From positions 834-64,833 of the IMG/VR virus record IMGVR_UViG_3300011390_000031: a stretch of DNA of 64,000 nucleotides. The stretch is one strand, 5' to 3'. Made by a program: the position numbers and the translations under genes. Below the pieces are notes generated by a model, which was not told the DNA's origin, searched no databases, and worked only from the letters and a program-made list of their open reading frames with translations. The DNA is from a virus. Each line of letters starts with the position of its first letter. Position 1 is the stretch's first letter. This document shows, in pieces, positions 9,137 through 18,426 of this stretch.

Positions 9137-9366
9137 AGCATCTGCACTGGTTCAACTGGACCCTCATCGGCATCCTTTCCCTCTCGGTTCTGCTGTCGTT
9201 GGCTGCGGCGCACTACTCCCAAGCGATCAGCACCACGGCGGTGGCGGTGCTGTATGTTTCCGCGACCGTCTTCGCTGGCGAAGCTGACGAACTCCGGGCT
9301 GAGAACAATCACCTTCGCCGAGCATTGGCGTGGTGGAATCACCCGACCTGGCGAGGTCGACTGTGA
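9133..9366 (+). CDS. Membrane protein
   Basis: Two hydrophobic segments. Confidence 0.6.
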   Translation: MKHLHWFNWTLIGILSLSVLLSLAAAHYSQAISTTAVAVLYVSATVFAGEADELRAENNHLRRALAWWNHPTWRGRL

Positions 9367-9557
9367 CGCGCGAGGAAGCGGTCGAGTACTGCGGTCGGTG
9401 GGTTCACTACTGCAATCCCGTCACCCGAGTCGTCGAGTCGAGCGGCGTTATCTCTCACGTCACCGAAGACGGCATGGCACAGGTGCATTACGCGGAGACG
9501 ACACATCCGTTGCCGACGCATCCGGCGAACCTCAGCCTGGACAGGAGTAGGCGATGA
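9363..9557 (+). CDS. Hypothetical protein
   Basis: GTGA coupled. Confidence 0.55.
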   Translation: MTREEAVEYCGRWVHYCNPVTRVVESSGVISHVTEDGMAQVHYAETTHPLPTHPANLSLDRSRR

Positions 9558-9994
9558 GTGATCCTGTGCGTTTTGAGCAGTACGTTGGTTCCCTGCCGTA
9601 TCGGGACCATGCATGTTCGGTCGATCGCTGCTCGTTGATGCCTGAGCATGACTGCCGGCATGCGGAAGTGTCCCTCTCCGGAATGGTTCTGGACGTTTGG
9701 GACGAGCCGGAGCTCGGTGACGCTGCGATCGAAGTGGTTGAACGGCTGAACCGGATCCGCGATGACCTGATCGACGCCATGCGATCAGCGTCGGACGACG
9801 TACGTGATCTCCAAAGTGAGGCCGTCGTGCTCGCACATCCAGGACTGGCGGAATTACTCGAGTTGGCCGAGTGCGACATCGACGGGGACGTCGACAACGT
9901 CGGCCTCTCAGACGATCCGTCGACCTGGGGCACCGAACTCCAAGACCTTGGTGCGCGGCGCCTCCGGAAGATCGAAATGAGGGCAGCATCATGA
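9554..9994 (+). CDS. Hypothetical protein
   Basis: ATGA coupled. Confidence 0.65.
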   Translation: MSDPVRFEQYVGSLPYRDHACSVDRCSLMPEHDCRHAEVSLSGMVLDVWDEPELGDAAIEVVERLNRIRDDLIDAMRSASDDVRDLQSEAVVLAHPGLAELLELAECDIDGDVDNVGLSDDPSTWGTELQDLGARRLRKIEMRAAS

Positions 9995-10269
9995 CCTACA
10001 CCAAATTCGAATACGGACCACTCGACACCTACGAGATCATCTGGACCTCAGGCCAAGTCGAGTACATCCAGGCTCACCAGGTACTGACGCCGCAAAGCCC
10101 GATCACGGCTGGACTTTTCGGCGAGGAGAAGCAGAAGCCGGCCTGGACGATTCACGGCGAGGTCGACGGCCGCTGGCGCTTACTCCTAACAGCGCCGGTG
10201 GATGACATTCGCACGGTTCGGAATGTCACACACACCCATGACGTCGCAGAGTCGGGCGGTGGGTCGTGA
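9991..10269 (+). CDS. Conserved actinophage small protein
   Basis: TYEIIWTSGQVEYIQAHQV...HGEVDGRWRLLLTA. Confidence 0.7.
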   Translation: MTYTKFEYGPLDTYEIIWTSGQVEYIQAHQVLTPQSPITAGLFGEEKQKPAWTIHGEVDGRWRLLLTAPVDDIRTVRNVTHTHDVAESGGGS

Positions 10270-10400
10270 GCTGGATGTACGGATTCTCCACCGCAACTCT
10301 GGTCTGGTGCGGGATCGGATTCTGGTGGTGCGACAAGACGCTCAAGCATCTCGCACAACTCCGGAAGATGATCGATGAACATCGGGAGGGTCGACAGTGA
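10266..10400 (+). CDS. Small membrane peptide
   Basis: Manual translation, GTGA coupled both ends. Confidence 0.45.
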   Translation: MSWMYGFSTATLVWCGIGFWWCDKTLKHLAQLRKMIDEHREGRQ

Positions 10401-10615
10401 GCGATCTTCGCATCGAATCGAACCCCGAAATCCGTGAGGTCAACGGCGAGGTCGACGAGTTCCTCGCCAATGGCGTCAACGTCCACCTCGAAGCGATGAG
10501 CAACAACACGTGGTGGATCGGAGTCGAAGTCCCGGGTGTTGGTACCTGGCACATCAATCTCGGCGCAGTGAACCCAAAGACAAAGGCCTATATCAGCGTT
10601 GAGAGGAGTGAGTGA
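10397..10615 (+). CDS. Hypothetical protein
   Basis: GTGA coupled. Confidence 0.6.
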   Translation: MSDLRIESNPEIREVNGEVDEFLANGVNVHLEAMSNNTWWIGVEVPGVGTWHINLGAVNPKTKAYISVERSE

Positions 10616-10932
10616 TGAGTGAGTACTACGACAAACAAGGCAATCCGATGACCTTCGAACAACTCTGCAATGTCCCGAAGGACTACAAGCGAGTTGCAGA
10701 GTCGACGATCACCATCGACGGGATCGAAGTCTGGCTGTCGACTGTGTGGCTGGGAATTGACCACGGCCATGGCAATGGGGCGCCCGTGTTGTTCGAGTCC
10801 ATGATCTTCATCGACTCGAACTCTGATCATCCGCATGCGAATTGGCTCACTCGATACACAACGGTCGAAGCGGCCGCGCAGGGTCACATCGCCATTGCCG
10901 ACGAGCTGAAGGCCGGGCGGTGGCCAGAGTGA
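10612..10932 (+). CDS. Conserved phage hypothetical protein
   Basis: VWLSTVWLGIDHG...PVLFESMIF...RYTTVEAAAQGH. Confidence 0.7.
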   Translation: MMSEYYDKQGNPMTFEQLCNVPKDYKRVAESTITIDGIEVWLSTVWLGIDHGHGNGAPVLFESMIFIDSNSDHPHANWLTRYTTVEAAAQGHIAIADELKAGRWPE

Positions 10933-11051
10933 CTCACTCCGACATGGGCGACGACTCGCTCACCGACCCGTGCGACAAGCCCGGTTGGTACGACCCACGC
11001 GATGACGACCACGACGTCGACAGGCTACGAGACCAGGAGATCGGACTATGA
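10929..11051 (+). CDS. Acidic mini-protein with YDPRDD motif
   Basis: GTGA/ATGA coupled. Confidence 0.5.
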   Translation: MTHSDMGDDSLTDPCDKPGWYDPRDDDHDVDRLRDQEIGL

Positions 11052-11563
11052 GCACCACGGAGCTGGACCCCACCCGCATCGACATCGAGTTCGACCCCGC
11101 GAGGCAGCGCATGAACGGTATTGCCCAGCATGGCATGACGCCCTTCGGCGTACCGTTCATCAGTCAAATCGAGGGAAACCTCTGGCAAGGTGGCTGCCGT
11201 GACGGGCTCATCCTGCCGACATTCTTCAAGCATGTCGTCTCGTTGTACAAGTGGGAGTCGTACACCGTCGAGCATGACCTCGAAACGTCGATGACCGTCA
11301 AGATGTTCGACAGCATCGGGCAGGGGTTCGAGGAGATCGACGACCTCGCTGAGTGGGTCAACATGTGCTGCGATGACGGTCCGACGCTCGTTCATTGCCA
11401 GGCCGGGCTGAATCGCTCGAGCCTGGTTGCCGGCCGCGCGTTGACGCTTCGAGGCTGGACTCCCGTTCAGGCGATCGAGCTGTTGCGACAACGACGTTCG
11501 CCCGCATGTCTTTGCAATCGCGCGTTCGAGGAATGGCTTCTTGCGCAGGGCGGTCGACCATGA
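11048..11563 (+). CDS. Dual-specificity / tyrosine-type protein phosphatase
   Basis: Catalytic P-loop LVHCQAGLNRS (HCx5R), upstream MFDS acid loop. Confidence 0.85.
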   Translation: MSTTELDPTRIDIEFDPARQRMNGIAQHGMTPFGVPFISQIEGNLWQGGCRDGLILPTFFKHVVSLYKWESYTVEHDLETSMTVKMFDSIGQGFEEIDDLAEWVNMCCDDGPTLVHCQAGLNRSSLVAGRALTLRGWTPVQAIELLRQRRSPACLCNRAFEEWLLAQGGRP

Positions 11564-11682
11564 CCGGATACCAGCACCTTCACCTGGACGAGAACCCGTT
11601 CTCCGAGGAACGCCTAGTCGCTGACTCCGATCCATTCCACGAGTACGACCCGCGTGATGACCTCGAGGACTGGCAGAGATGA
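11560..11682 (+). CDS. Acidic mini-protein with YDPRDD motif
   Basis: ATGA coupled. Confidence 0.5.
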   Translation: MTGYQHLHLDENPFSEERLVADSDPFHEYDPRDDLEDWQR

Positions 11683-11852
11683 CCCTTCATATCAACGGCG
11701 ATCAAGCCACCGACATGCACGTGGACAAGTTGCGCAAACGAGTCGAGATCCGCTGCCTTCGGATGAATCGCGAGACGAAGGAGTGGGAATTGGTCTTCTG
11801 TGAATCTCACCCGCTCGCCGAGATTCAGGCGGACCTGGCGGAGGCGTCGTGA
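11679..11852 (+). CDS. Hypothetical protein
   Basis: Manual translation, coupled both ends. Confidence 0.5.
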   Translation: MTLHINGDQATDMHVDKLRKRVEIRCLRMNRETKEWELVFCESHPLAEIQADLAEAS

Positions 11853-12736
11853 CCTACACGATCGTGGACGTCGAGCCTGACACAGAGGAGTGGTCGGAGG
11901 AACGCCGAAACAGCATCGGGGCGTCCGAAGGCGCTGCCGTCATTGGCGAGTCGTCATACAACGACACGCAACTCTCGGTGTACCTCAGCAAGATCGGTCG
12001 GCCGAAACCGTTCGACCCACTGCTGTCCTTGATTGGACATGGAGTTGAACCAGTCATCACGAAATGGGTCCAGGACTATCACCCTGAAATCGGCGAAGTT
12101 CTGCCCGGATTCATGGCCAGGTCAGCCGAGCATCCACACTTGCACGCGACGTTCGACAGACTCGTTACCACTCCGCAGGGCCTGACCGTCCCCTTGCAAC
12201 TGAAGTCGTCAACCGTCTTCAAGCGTCACAACTGGGACAACGGAATTCCTCCGGACTACCTGGTCCAGGAAGACATCGAATGCCTGGTCTACGGCGCACC
12301 ATTCGCCTACCTCGCTGTATGGCATATCGGGTCAACCGAGTTTCAACTCCACAAACTGTTCGCACGAGAAGAACGACAACAAGAACTCATTCGCCGCACG
12401 CACACTTTCTGGCATCAGCACGTCCTCCCACGAAAGCCTCCCATAGAGAGCTTGGGGGACGACCTCGACCGTCTCTATCCAGCCACGGTCGGCAAGACGA
12501 TCAGCGCCGACAGGGACACTGTCGACGCCGTCGAGTTCCTTCGAGAACGAGCCAAGCAGCGACTCGACTTCGTTGCCGAATGCAAAGAGGACGAAGCCAA
12601 AGCCACCTTCGAGATCGAACGATTCATGCAGGACGCGACCGAACTCGTGAACCCGTTCACACACAAAGTTATTCATACCTGGCGACCGACCAAAAGCGGT
12701 ACGCGCCGCCACTTCTCCCCAAAGGACACGAAATGA
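11849..12736 (+). CDS. YqaJ/lambda-exonuclease family recombination nuclease
   Basis: WSEERRNSIGASE...HGVEPVI...LHATFDRL...LQLKS...YLVQ. Confidence 0.85.
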   Translation: MTYTIVDVEPDTEEWSEERRNSIGASEGAAVIGESSYNDTQLSVYLSKIGRPKPFDPLLSLIGHGVEPVITKWVQDYHPEIGEVLPGFMARSAEHPHLHATFDRLVTTPQGLTVPLQLKSSTVFKRHNWDNGIPPDYLVQEDIECLVYGAPFAYLAVWHIGSTEFQLHKLFAREERQQELIRRTHTFWHQHVLPRKPPIESLGDDLDRLYPATVGKTISADRDTVDAVEFLRERAKQRLDFVAECKEDEAKATFEIERFMQDATELVNPFTHKVIHTWRPTKSGTRRHFSPKDTK

Positions 12737-13491
12737 CCCTCGTCACCCGCAAGCCAACCGCTAAGCCATCGTGGCCGGTCCTGCTTATTGCCGGCGCTGA
12801 AAAGTCAGGCAAGTCGTGGGCATGCGCGCAAGCGTCAGCCTCGGAGCGGATCGGCCGCACACTCTGGGTATCCATCGGTGAGACGGATCCCGACCAGTAC
12901 GGCGCCATCCCGGGCGCAGATTTCGAGATCGTCGAACACGACGGCTCATACACGGCGATCCTCGAAGTTCTGGCAGAGATCGCCTCGCTCCCAAAGGCGG
13001 ACAAGCCCACGCTCCTCGTCGTGGACTCGATGACCCGACTGTGGGATCTGATCGGCGACGGCGCGCAGAAGTGGGCGAACACTCGCGCGAAGAACGACTC
13101 CGAAGGCATCATCACGATGGACCTCTGGAACAAGGCAAACAAGTACTGGGCGCATCTGATCCAGGCGATCCTTGCCCATGACGGACCCGTGTTGATGACC
13201 GCGCGACTCGAAGCGGTGACTGTAGTCGATTCCCGCGGTAAGCCGACTCCGGTCAAGGCAGACAAGATCAAGACGAAGAAGTCATTGCCCTACGACGTCG
13301 ACGGCGTGATCGAGATGCCCGAGCGTGGCAAGACGTACATCTCGGCTGTGCGATCAGTGAACCTGCAGCTCAAAGAGCGCACCGAGTTCCCGGATTTCAC
13401 CGTTGAGGATCTGTGGTCGAAACTCGGACTTGACGACGTCCAACCTCGCGTGGTGTCGAACGTCGCAGTGCCAGAGGGCGATGCAGCATGA
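12733..13491 (+). CDS. AAA-family ATPase (Sak4/RecA-like recombination protein)
   Basis: Walker A GAEKSGKS, Walker B LLVVDS; follows exonuclease. Confidence 0.8.
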   Translation: MTLVTRKPTAKPSWPVLLIAGAEKSGKSWACAQASASERIGRTLWVSIGETDPDQYGAIPGADFEIVEHDGSYTAILEVLAEIASLPKADKPTLLVVDSMTRLWDLIGDGAQKWANTRAKNDSEGIITMDLWNKANKYWAHLIQAILAHDGPVLMTARLEAVTVVDSRGKPTPVKADKIKTKKSLPYDVDGVIEMPERGKTYISAVRSVNLQLKERTEFPDFTVEDLWSKLGLDDVQPRVVSNVAVPEGDAA

Positions 13492-14003
13492 CCGTCACAT
13501 TTCTGCCCCTGCTCAACCTCCTCGACCGCGAGCCCTGGACGACGGAATCACTGTGCTCGAAGGGTGAAGATCCCGAGGACTGGTTCCCGACACGGGGAGC
13601 GCAGTCGCATGATCCGGCGATCCGTGCGTGCCGGGCATGCCCGGTGATCGGCCAGTGTGCAGTCGAGGCGCACGCAGCCAATGAGTCGTGGGGGATTCGC
13701 GCCGGCGTCTATCTCGACACGATGCCGGGCAAGGTTCGTCGCGAGGTGCTGGCCGACATCGCTGCCGAGCATGGCTTCGAGGTTCTAAATGACGAGAACG
13801 CGGTATTGACAGGGCATTCCGTCGGAATGGGTGCGCAGATGTCGAAGCTGAAGACGCACTGCCGAAGTGGGCATGAGTACACGAGCGAGAACACCGGCGT
13901 TCATCGACGTCGGAGTGGTCTGGAGTCGCGCTACTGCAAGGCCTGCCAACGCGCTGCGGCAGTCCGTCGTGAGGAGCAGAGGGATGCAGAGGTGGAAGCA
14001 TGA
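13488..14003 (+). CDS. whiB: WhiB-family regulator with extra C-terminal Zn-finger
   Basis: C-x-PEDWFP...CRACPVIGQC...WGIRAG; extension KTHCRSGHEY...RYCKAC. Confidence 0.85.
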   Translation: MTVTFLPLLNLLDREPWTTESLCSKGEDPEDWFPTRGAQSHDPAIRACRACPVIGQCAVEAHAANESWGIRAGVYLDTMPGKVRREVLADIAAEHGFEVLNDENAVLTGHSVGMGAQMSKLKTHCRSGHEYTSENTGVHRRRSGLESRYCKACQRAAAVRREEQRDAEVEA

Positions 14004-14818
14004 CTGCCACTGCTCAACTTCCCTGGCACCTAGGTCGGGAGGTGACTCGGCGGCGTGACAAGCATCGTGCCGCGCAGGGCATTCCGTCCCGAGTTCCGAG
14101 GTCTCGAGTGCAGCAGCACGTCAAGGAACTTCGCGCGGCCGGAGTCTCCCTGGGGATGATCTCGGCGGCTACCGGAGTGTCGATACAGGCGCTCACCTTC
14201 ATCGAAGACGGCACCTTCGGCTGGACGTTGATCGATCGAGCCGACGCGATCATGAAGGTCACGGTGCATCCGCTTCCTTGCCAGCCGTTGGTTATGTCGA
14301 TCGGTGCCAAGCGACGGATGGAGGCCCTGCGTGCACTCGGGTTCACCGTCCCGAATCTCGCTGATCGACTGGGAATGGATCGCAGGAACGTCCTCGAGAT
14401 GTGGGGTAGATCCATCTGCACCTATCGACGGTGGGCGGAGATCCGTGACCTGTACGACGATCTGTCAGCTACTCCAGCGAGCGAACTGCAGGGGAGTCCG
14501 TACGGTCGCGCGCGGGCGCTTGCGGTGCGGTCCGGCTTCATTCTCCCGATGGAATGGGAGGGGTATGACATCGACGATCCTCGGGTGACTCCGCCGCGCG
14601 CCGTTCGTCGACCGGGTACGGAATCCAAGTCGGCGCAACTGGTCGACGAGGTTCTGGTGCAACGGATTCTCGACGGACGACACGAGGGGGCTGCCCCGAA
14701 GCTGGAGCGCGATGCGGCATTCCGGCGACTGAACGACGCCGGCCTCTCGGCTGTTCAGATCGCAGAACGACTGAAGGTGTCGACGAAAACCGTCGAACGA
14801 CTGAGGGCAGCAGCATGA
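14000..14818 (+). CDS. Multi-HTH DNA-binding protein
   Basis: GVSLGMISAATGVS; GFTVPNLADRLGM; GLSAVQIAERLKVSTKTVER. Confidence 0.75.
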   Translation: MTATAQLPWHLGREVTRRRDKHRAAQGIPSRVPRSRVQQHVKELRAAGVSLGMISAATGVSIQALTFIEDGTFGWTLIDRADAIMKVTVHPLPCQPLVMSIGAKRRMEALRALGFTVPNLADRLGMDRRNVLEMWGRSICTYRRWAEIRDLYDDLSATPASELQGSPYGRARALAVRSGFILPMEWEGYDIDDPRVTPPRAVRRPGTESKSAQLVDEVLVQRILDGRHEGAAPKLERDAAFRRLNDAGLSAVQIAERLKVSTKTVERLRAAA

Positions 14819-15000
14819 CGCGATCACTTGACGAGATCCAGTCGATGCCAGTTCCCTTCGAGGAGTCGTACGGCGAGTTCCGTCATCTCCGTGACGGTGG
14901 GGTGCCGCAAGAGATCGCGCTCCGTCGTATCGGAATGTCGTATTCGGGCCTTGCCCAGGCTTGCCGCCGGCACGGTCTCGTGATCGAGGCGCTGCAATGA
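14815..15000 (+). CDS. Small HTH-like protein
   Basis: GVPQEIALRRIGMSYSGL. Confidence 0.55.
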   Translation: MTRSLDEIQSMPVPFEESYGEFRHLRDGGVPQEIALRRIGMSYSGLAQACRRHGLVIEALQ

Positions 15001-15698
15001 CCGACATCGTCGACGAAATCGACGCCCTGGTCGACGAGCAGCTCAGCGGCTACAGCGAGCGAACCGGATACGACTACAACGCGGCTCAGGATCGTTGCCA
15101 TCACTGCTCTCGGACCTGGCATGGACTGAGGATTACCGCGCGCATGGAGGAGATGCGACGGTCCTTTCAACGGGAGCTTCGCCGTCTGGAGTACATCGGC
15201 GAGGTCGAGATGGGCTATGCCGAAACTGTCATCGATCCCGACTATCGCTACGCGGAGGACGATTCCGAGGTTATTTGCCCTGGTTCGAGATTTATCGGGC
15301 CATGGGCGACGGGGCGCCAGATCGAGAAGATGCGAGCCGTTTCATTCGCAGGTGATAATCCGACGTCACTATGGATGTCATACGACTCCATCCGATCCAG
15401 TCTCGGCTATGAGAATCGGCCGAGGGATGTTGAGTTCTCGGTCGGATGGCGGGACCCTGCCGCGCGTTCACTCGCACAAGTCGCGGCGGCTTTTGCTCGG
15501 CTGCGCGACTCAGGGCTGCTTCCACCTGATCCCTTTGCCGTCACTGGCTGGCTCGAAGACGATGCCGATCCCGAACCTGACGCCCGCACAACGCAAGAGC
15601 GTGCACTTCATCGGCCGAGCACGACACCGCCGATGTGGGCAGTCGACGCCGGTCGACAGCGCAGGACTCACACCAATTCGCGAAGGAGGCATCGATGA
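14997..15698 (+). CDS. Hypothetical protein with C-terminal PSTTPPMWA motif
   Basis: MTDIVDEIDALVDEQL start, common in actinophages. Confidence 0.7.
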   Translation: MTDIVDEIDALVDEQLSGYSERTGYDYNAAQDRCHHCSRTWHGLRITARMEEMRRSFQRELRRLEYIGEVEMGYAETVIDPDYRYAEDDSEVICPGSRFIGPWATGRQIEKMRAVSFAGDNPTSLWMSYDSIRSSLGYENRPRDVEFSVGWRDPAARSLAQVAAAFARLRDSGLLPPDPFAVTGWLEDDADPEPDARTTQERALHRPSTTPPMWAVDAGRQRRTHTNSRRRHR

Positions 15699-16141
15699 GC
15701 CTGCGCAGAACACCTATCGAGCGCACGCCCATGAAGCGTCCGCGCAAACGGATGACGTCGAAGCCGTCACCCCGAAAAGTCGATGCCGCAAAGGCGTTGG
15801 CCAAAGCAGCTCCGATAGCAGTCAAGCGTGCCGGCGGTCGGTGCGAGCGCTGTGGACTGTTCACGGACCTGCAACTCCATCATCGACTGAAGCGGAGTGC
15901 GGCAGACCGAGAGCGACCCTCGAACTACTTGATGCTGTGCCTCCATTGCCATACGGGCGGCGATGAATCGGCGCATGCCCACCCGCGGATGGCGCGAGAG
16001 CACGGTTGGATTCTTCACTCTCATGCCGAACCGTCCGAGGAGTGGCTCCTGTCGTGGCGAGGTTGGGTTCGCTTCTCCGACGACGGAACCTTCGAACGTC
16101 GACCAGGGGAGGGGGAGCCATCTTGCCCAGAAAGCGCATGA
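15695..16141 (+). CDS. HNH endonuclease
   Basis: RCERCG...LHHRLKRS...NYLMLCLHCH. Confidence 0.8.
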   Translation: MSLRRTPIERTPMKRPRKRMTSKPSPRKVDAAKALAKAAPIAVKRAGGRCERCGLFTDLQLHHRLKRSAADRERPSNYLMLCLHCHTGGDESAHAHPRMAREHGWILHSHAEPSEEWLLSWRGWVRFSDDGTFERRPGEGEPSCPESA

Positions 16142-16743
16142 CTCACCCCGGCTTCTTCGAGTCCGAGAATCTTGCCGACTTGGAGATCCCCGCCATGGTC
16201 ACATATCAGGGGATCTGGGTGTTCGGCGATGACCGTGGGCGCATTCAGGAGGACGCCGAGTTCATCAAGTTCAAAGTGTGGCCGCGCCGGAAATCTGTGA
16301 CGGCCGCTGATGTGGCGGACCATATCGAGGCTCTCGTCGGCGGGGAGCAGCTGTGCCGCTACACGATCGGTGGAGGGGATTTCCTGCACACGATCGCATG
16401 GGATGAGCATCAGAAAATCTCACATCCGACCCCGTCGAAACTGCCTCCGTGCCCTGTTCATCAGCCGCTCGAATACAAGGTGTGGTGGAAGGACGACGAC
16501 ACTGCGACGGATCGGTGGCGGAAGCGTGAAAAGGCTGGTCAAAGAGCTAAAAGCGCTCAGGAGGAGATCGGGATCGACTCCGGAACTTCTCCGGAGAATG
16601 TCGGGAGTGATTCCGGAGCGACTCCGCCACAGTGTAGTTCAGTTCAGTTGAGTTCAGATCAGGTCGAAATCCGGAGCGACTCCGGAGATTCCGGCAATGC
16701 GATCAAGTACGTCCGGCCGTCTCAGCGTCGCCACATTTCCTGA
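16138..16743 (+). CDS. Replication initiator (RepA/lambda O-like)
   Basis: PGFFESE...GIWVFGDDRGR...WDEHQKISHPTPSKLP N-domain; iterons inside the gene. Confidence 0.75.
   Translation: MTHPGFFESENLADLEIPAMVTYQGIWVFGDDRGRIQEDAEFIKFKVWPRRKSVTAADVADHIEALVGGEQLCRYTIGGGDFLHTIAWDEHQKISHPTPSKLPPCPVHQPLEYKVWWKDDDTATDRWRKREKAGQRAKSAQEEIGIDSGTSPENVGSDSGATPPQCSSVQLSSDQVEIRSDSGDSGNAIKYVRPSQRRHIS
16579..16695. repeat. Candidate replication origin iterons
   Basis: TCCGGA-type hexamer at 16579, 16590, 16601(var), 16612, 16623(var), exact 11-bp period; six AGTTC-like pentamers 16636-16665; further copies 16670, 16681, 16690(var). Confidence 0.75.
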
Positions 16744-16840
16744 TTCATGCCTCGTCTAGGCAATCCCTTTCCCTCAACCCTTCGAGTCTGTCTACGGGCC
16801 ACTCAGGGCCGGGAATCACCATCCAAGAACAGGACCATCC

Positions 16841-17605
16841 ATGGCCATCAATCTGATCGAAGTCCCCGTGATGATCACCCAAGGCGAATCCGGAAGTGAA
16901 TTCGTCACCATCACCGGCGAGAGCACCAGCAGCCTCCACTTCGCCATCACCCCAGCGATCCGCCGCGACGACAGGGGCACCTACCTCGGATGGGGAATGA
17001 ACGTCACCCACATCCCGACAGGCCTCACGTTGCCGACTGGCGGAGCAGACAAACGCAAGACAGTCGACGCAGTCAAAGACCTCATCGACTGGGGCAGTAC
17101 GACACCACTAGCGGACCCCGTCGACAAGAAGCTCGTCGTCGACACCGTTCGCGCACTGATGAAAGCCGAAGACGATCCGTGGCCCGCATGGGCAGGCGAC
17201 CAATCGACGCCGGCGCTCTCCCTGCTCGTCAGCCAACTCGACGACGGCATCGAAAACTACAAGACGCGACGAGATGCGCGCGACAAGCTCGTCGGAGAGG
17301 TCGCAGAGTTCGACGCGGCACTCGCCCAGAAAGTCGGGGGAGCGCTCGACGCCGGACTCATCGGCATCCAGGTCCAGACCTTCGGCACGTCATGGCTTCT
17401 CGCAGTCCTGATGCAACTCGACCCCGCAATCGCGGATCAAGCTGCACGCGGACTCGTCTCAGCATGGGAAGACGGCGGAGCCCCTGACGAACTCATCTAC
17501 GAGTGGCGTGACGACATCGCCAACAATCGCCAGCCAACCCTGCACGGAATCACCTTCCCCTCACCGTCGCTCAACCTCGACAACTTCGAACAGGACCAGC
17601 CATGA
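16841..17605 (+). CDS. Hypothetical protein
   Basis: Long ORF with RBS. Confidence 0.7.
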   Translation: MAINLIEVPVMITQGESGSEFVTITGESTSSLHFAITPAIRRDDRGTYLGWGMNVTHIPTGLTLPTGGADKRKTVDAVKDLIDWGSTTPLADPVDKKLVVDTVRALMKAEDDPWPAWAGDQSTPALSLLVSQLDDGIENYKTRRDARDKLVGEVAEFDAALAQKVGGALDAGLIGIQVQTFGTSWLLAVLMQLDPAIADQAARGLVSAWEDGGAPDELIYEWRDDIANNRQPTLHGITFPSPSLNLDNFEQDQP

Positions 17606-18426
17606 GTAGAGAAATCCGTCGAGTCCTACTAGACTTCGCCTGGCCCCTCAAGAAAACCTGGGGCGGCTACCTGCGACCCGACGAACTCGATCTCCCTGAG
17701 TGCCCCGACTGCAAGCACGGCGAGCGACACTCGACCGGGACCTCCATCGAAGCCCACGCCATCGCGAGCACTTTCTACCCGCACCAGATCGGATGGGCGG
17801 ACTCGAACGCCGAACGATTGGCATGGCACGACAAGCTCGGTCAAGCGGAAGTCGACAACCTCCTCGCCGAGGGCAGACTTCGGACTCTGGTGAAGCGCGA
17901 ACCCACGCCGGACAATCCGCGGACCAGTGAATGGAAGACCCTTCCACTCACCGCTGAGAGGGTGAACGCTGCCAATGGACGCGGCGGCGGAGTCTTCGGC
18001 GACTACAACCACGACGCACTCAACCGATGGATTCTCATCCGATTCCGTTGCAAGCAGCTCGGAATCACACTCGAGTGCGCAACGTGTGGCGGAGAAACTC
18101 ACGTCGGCACCCCCGAGCAAGTCGCAGCACACGAACTGTGGGAGCCCACCGAACCGCCAACCGGCGACGGATGGCAGGTCTGGGAAACCGTCTCCGAAGG
18201 CTCGCCCATCAGTCCGGTGTTCGCAGACCGTGAGGGTTTGATCGGATTCCTGATGAGTGATCGGTACTCCGGATTCGGAACCAGCCCAACCCCACTCACT
18301 CGCGAGCAGGCGGAAGCATTCGTCGGGGCCGGATCGTCAGTCGGATCGTTTCTGCTCACCTCCGCCGGCGAGATCGTCAACGGCGACGCCGCAGTCGCCA
18401 CACTCAGCGAACAGGACAAGCCATGA
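17602..18426 (+). CDS. Conserved phage protein with CxxC pairs
   Basis: CPDC, CATC; PTEPPTGDGWQVWETVSEGSPISPVF. Confidence 0.75.
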   Translation: MSREIRRVLLDFAWPLKKTWGGYLRPDELDLPECPDCKHGERHSTGTSIEAHAIASTFYPHQIGWADSNAERLAWHDKLGQAEVDNLLAEGRLRTLVKREPTPDNPRTSEWKTLPLTAERVNAANGRGGGVFGDYNHDALNRWILIRFRCKQLGITLECATCGGETHVGTPEQVAAHELWEPTEPPTGDGWQVWETVSEGSPISPVFADREGLIGFLMSDRYSGFGTSPTPLTREQAEAFVGAGSSVGSFLLTSAGEIVNGDAAVATLSEQDKP

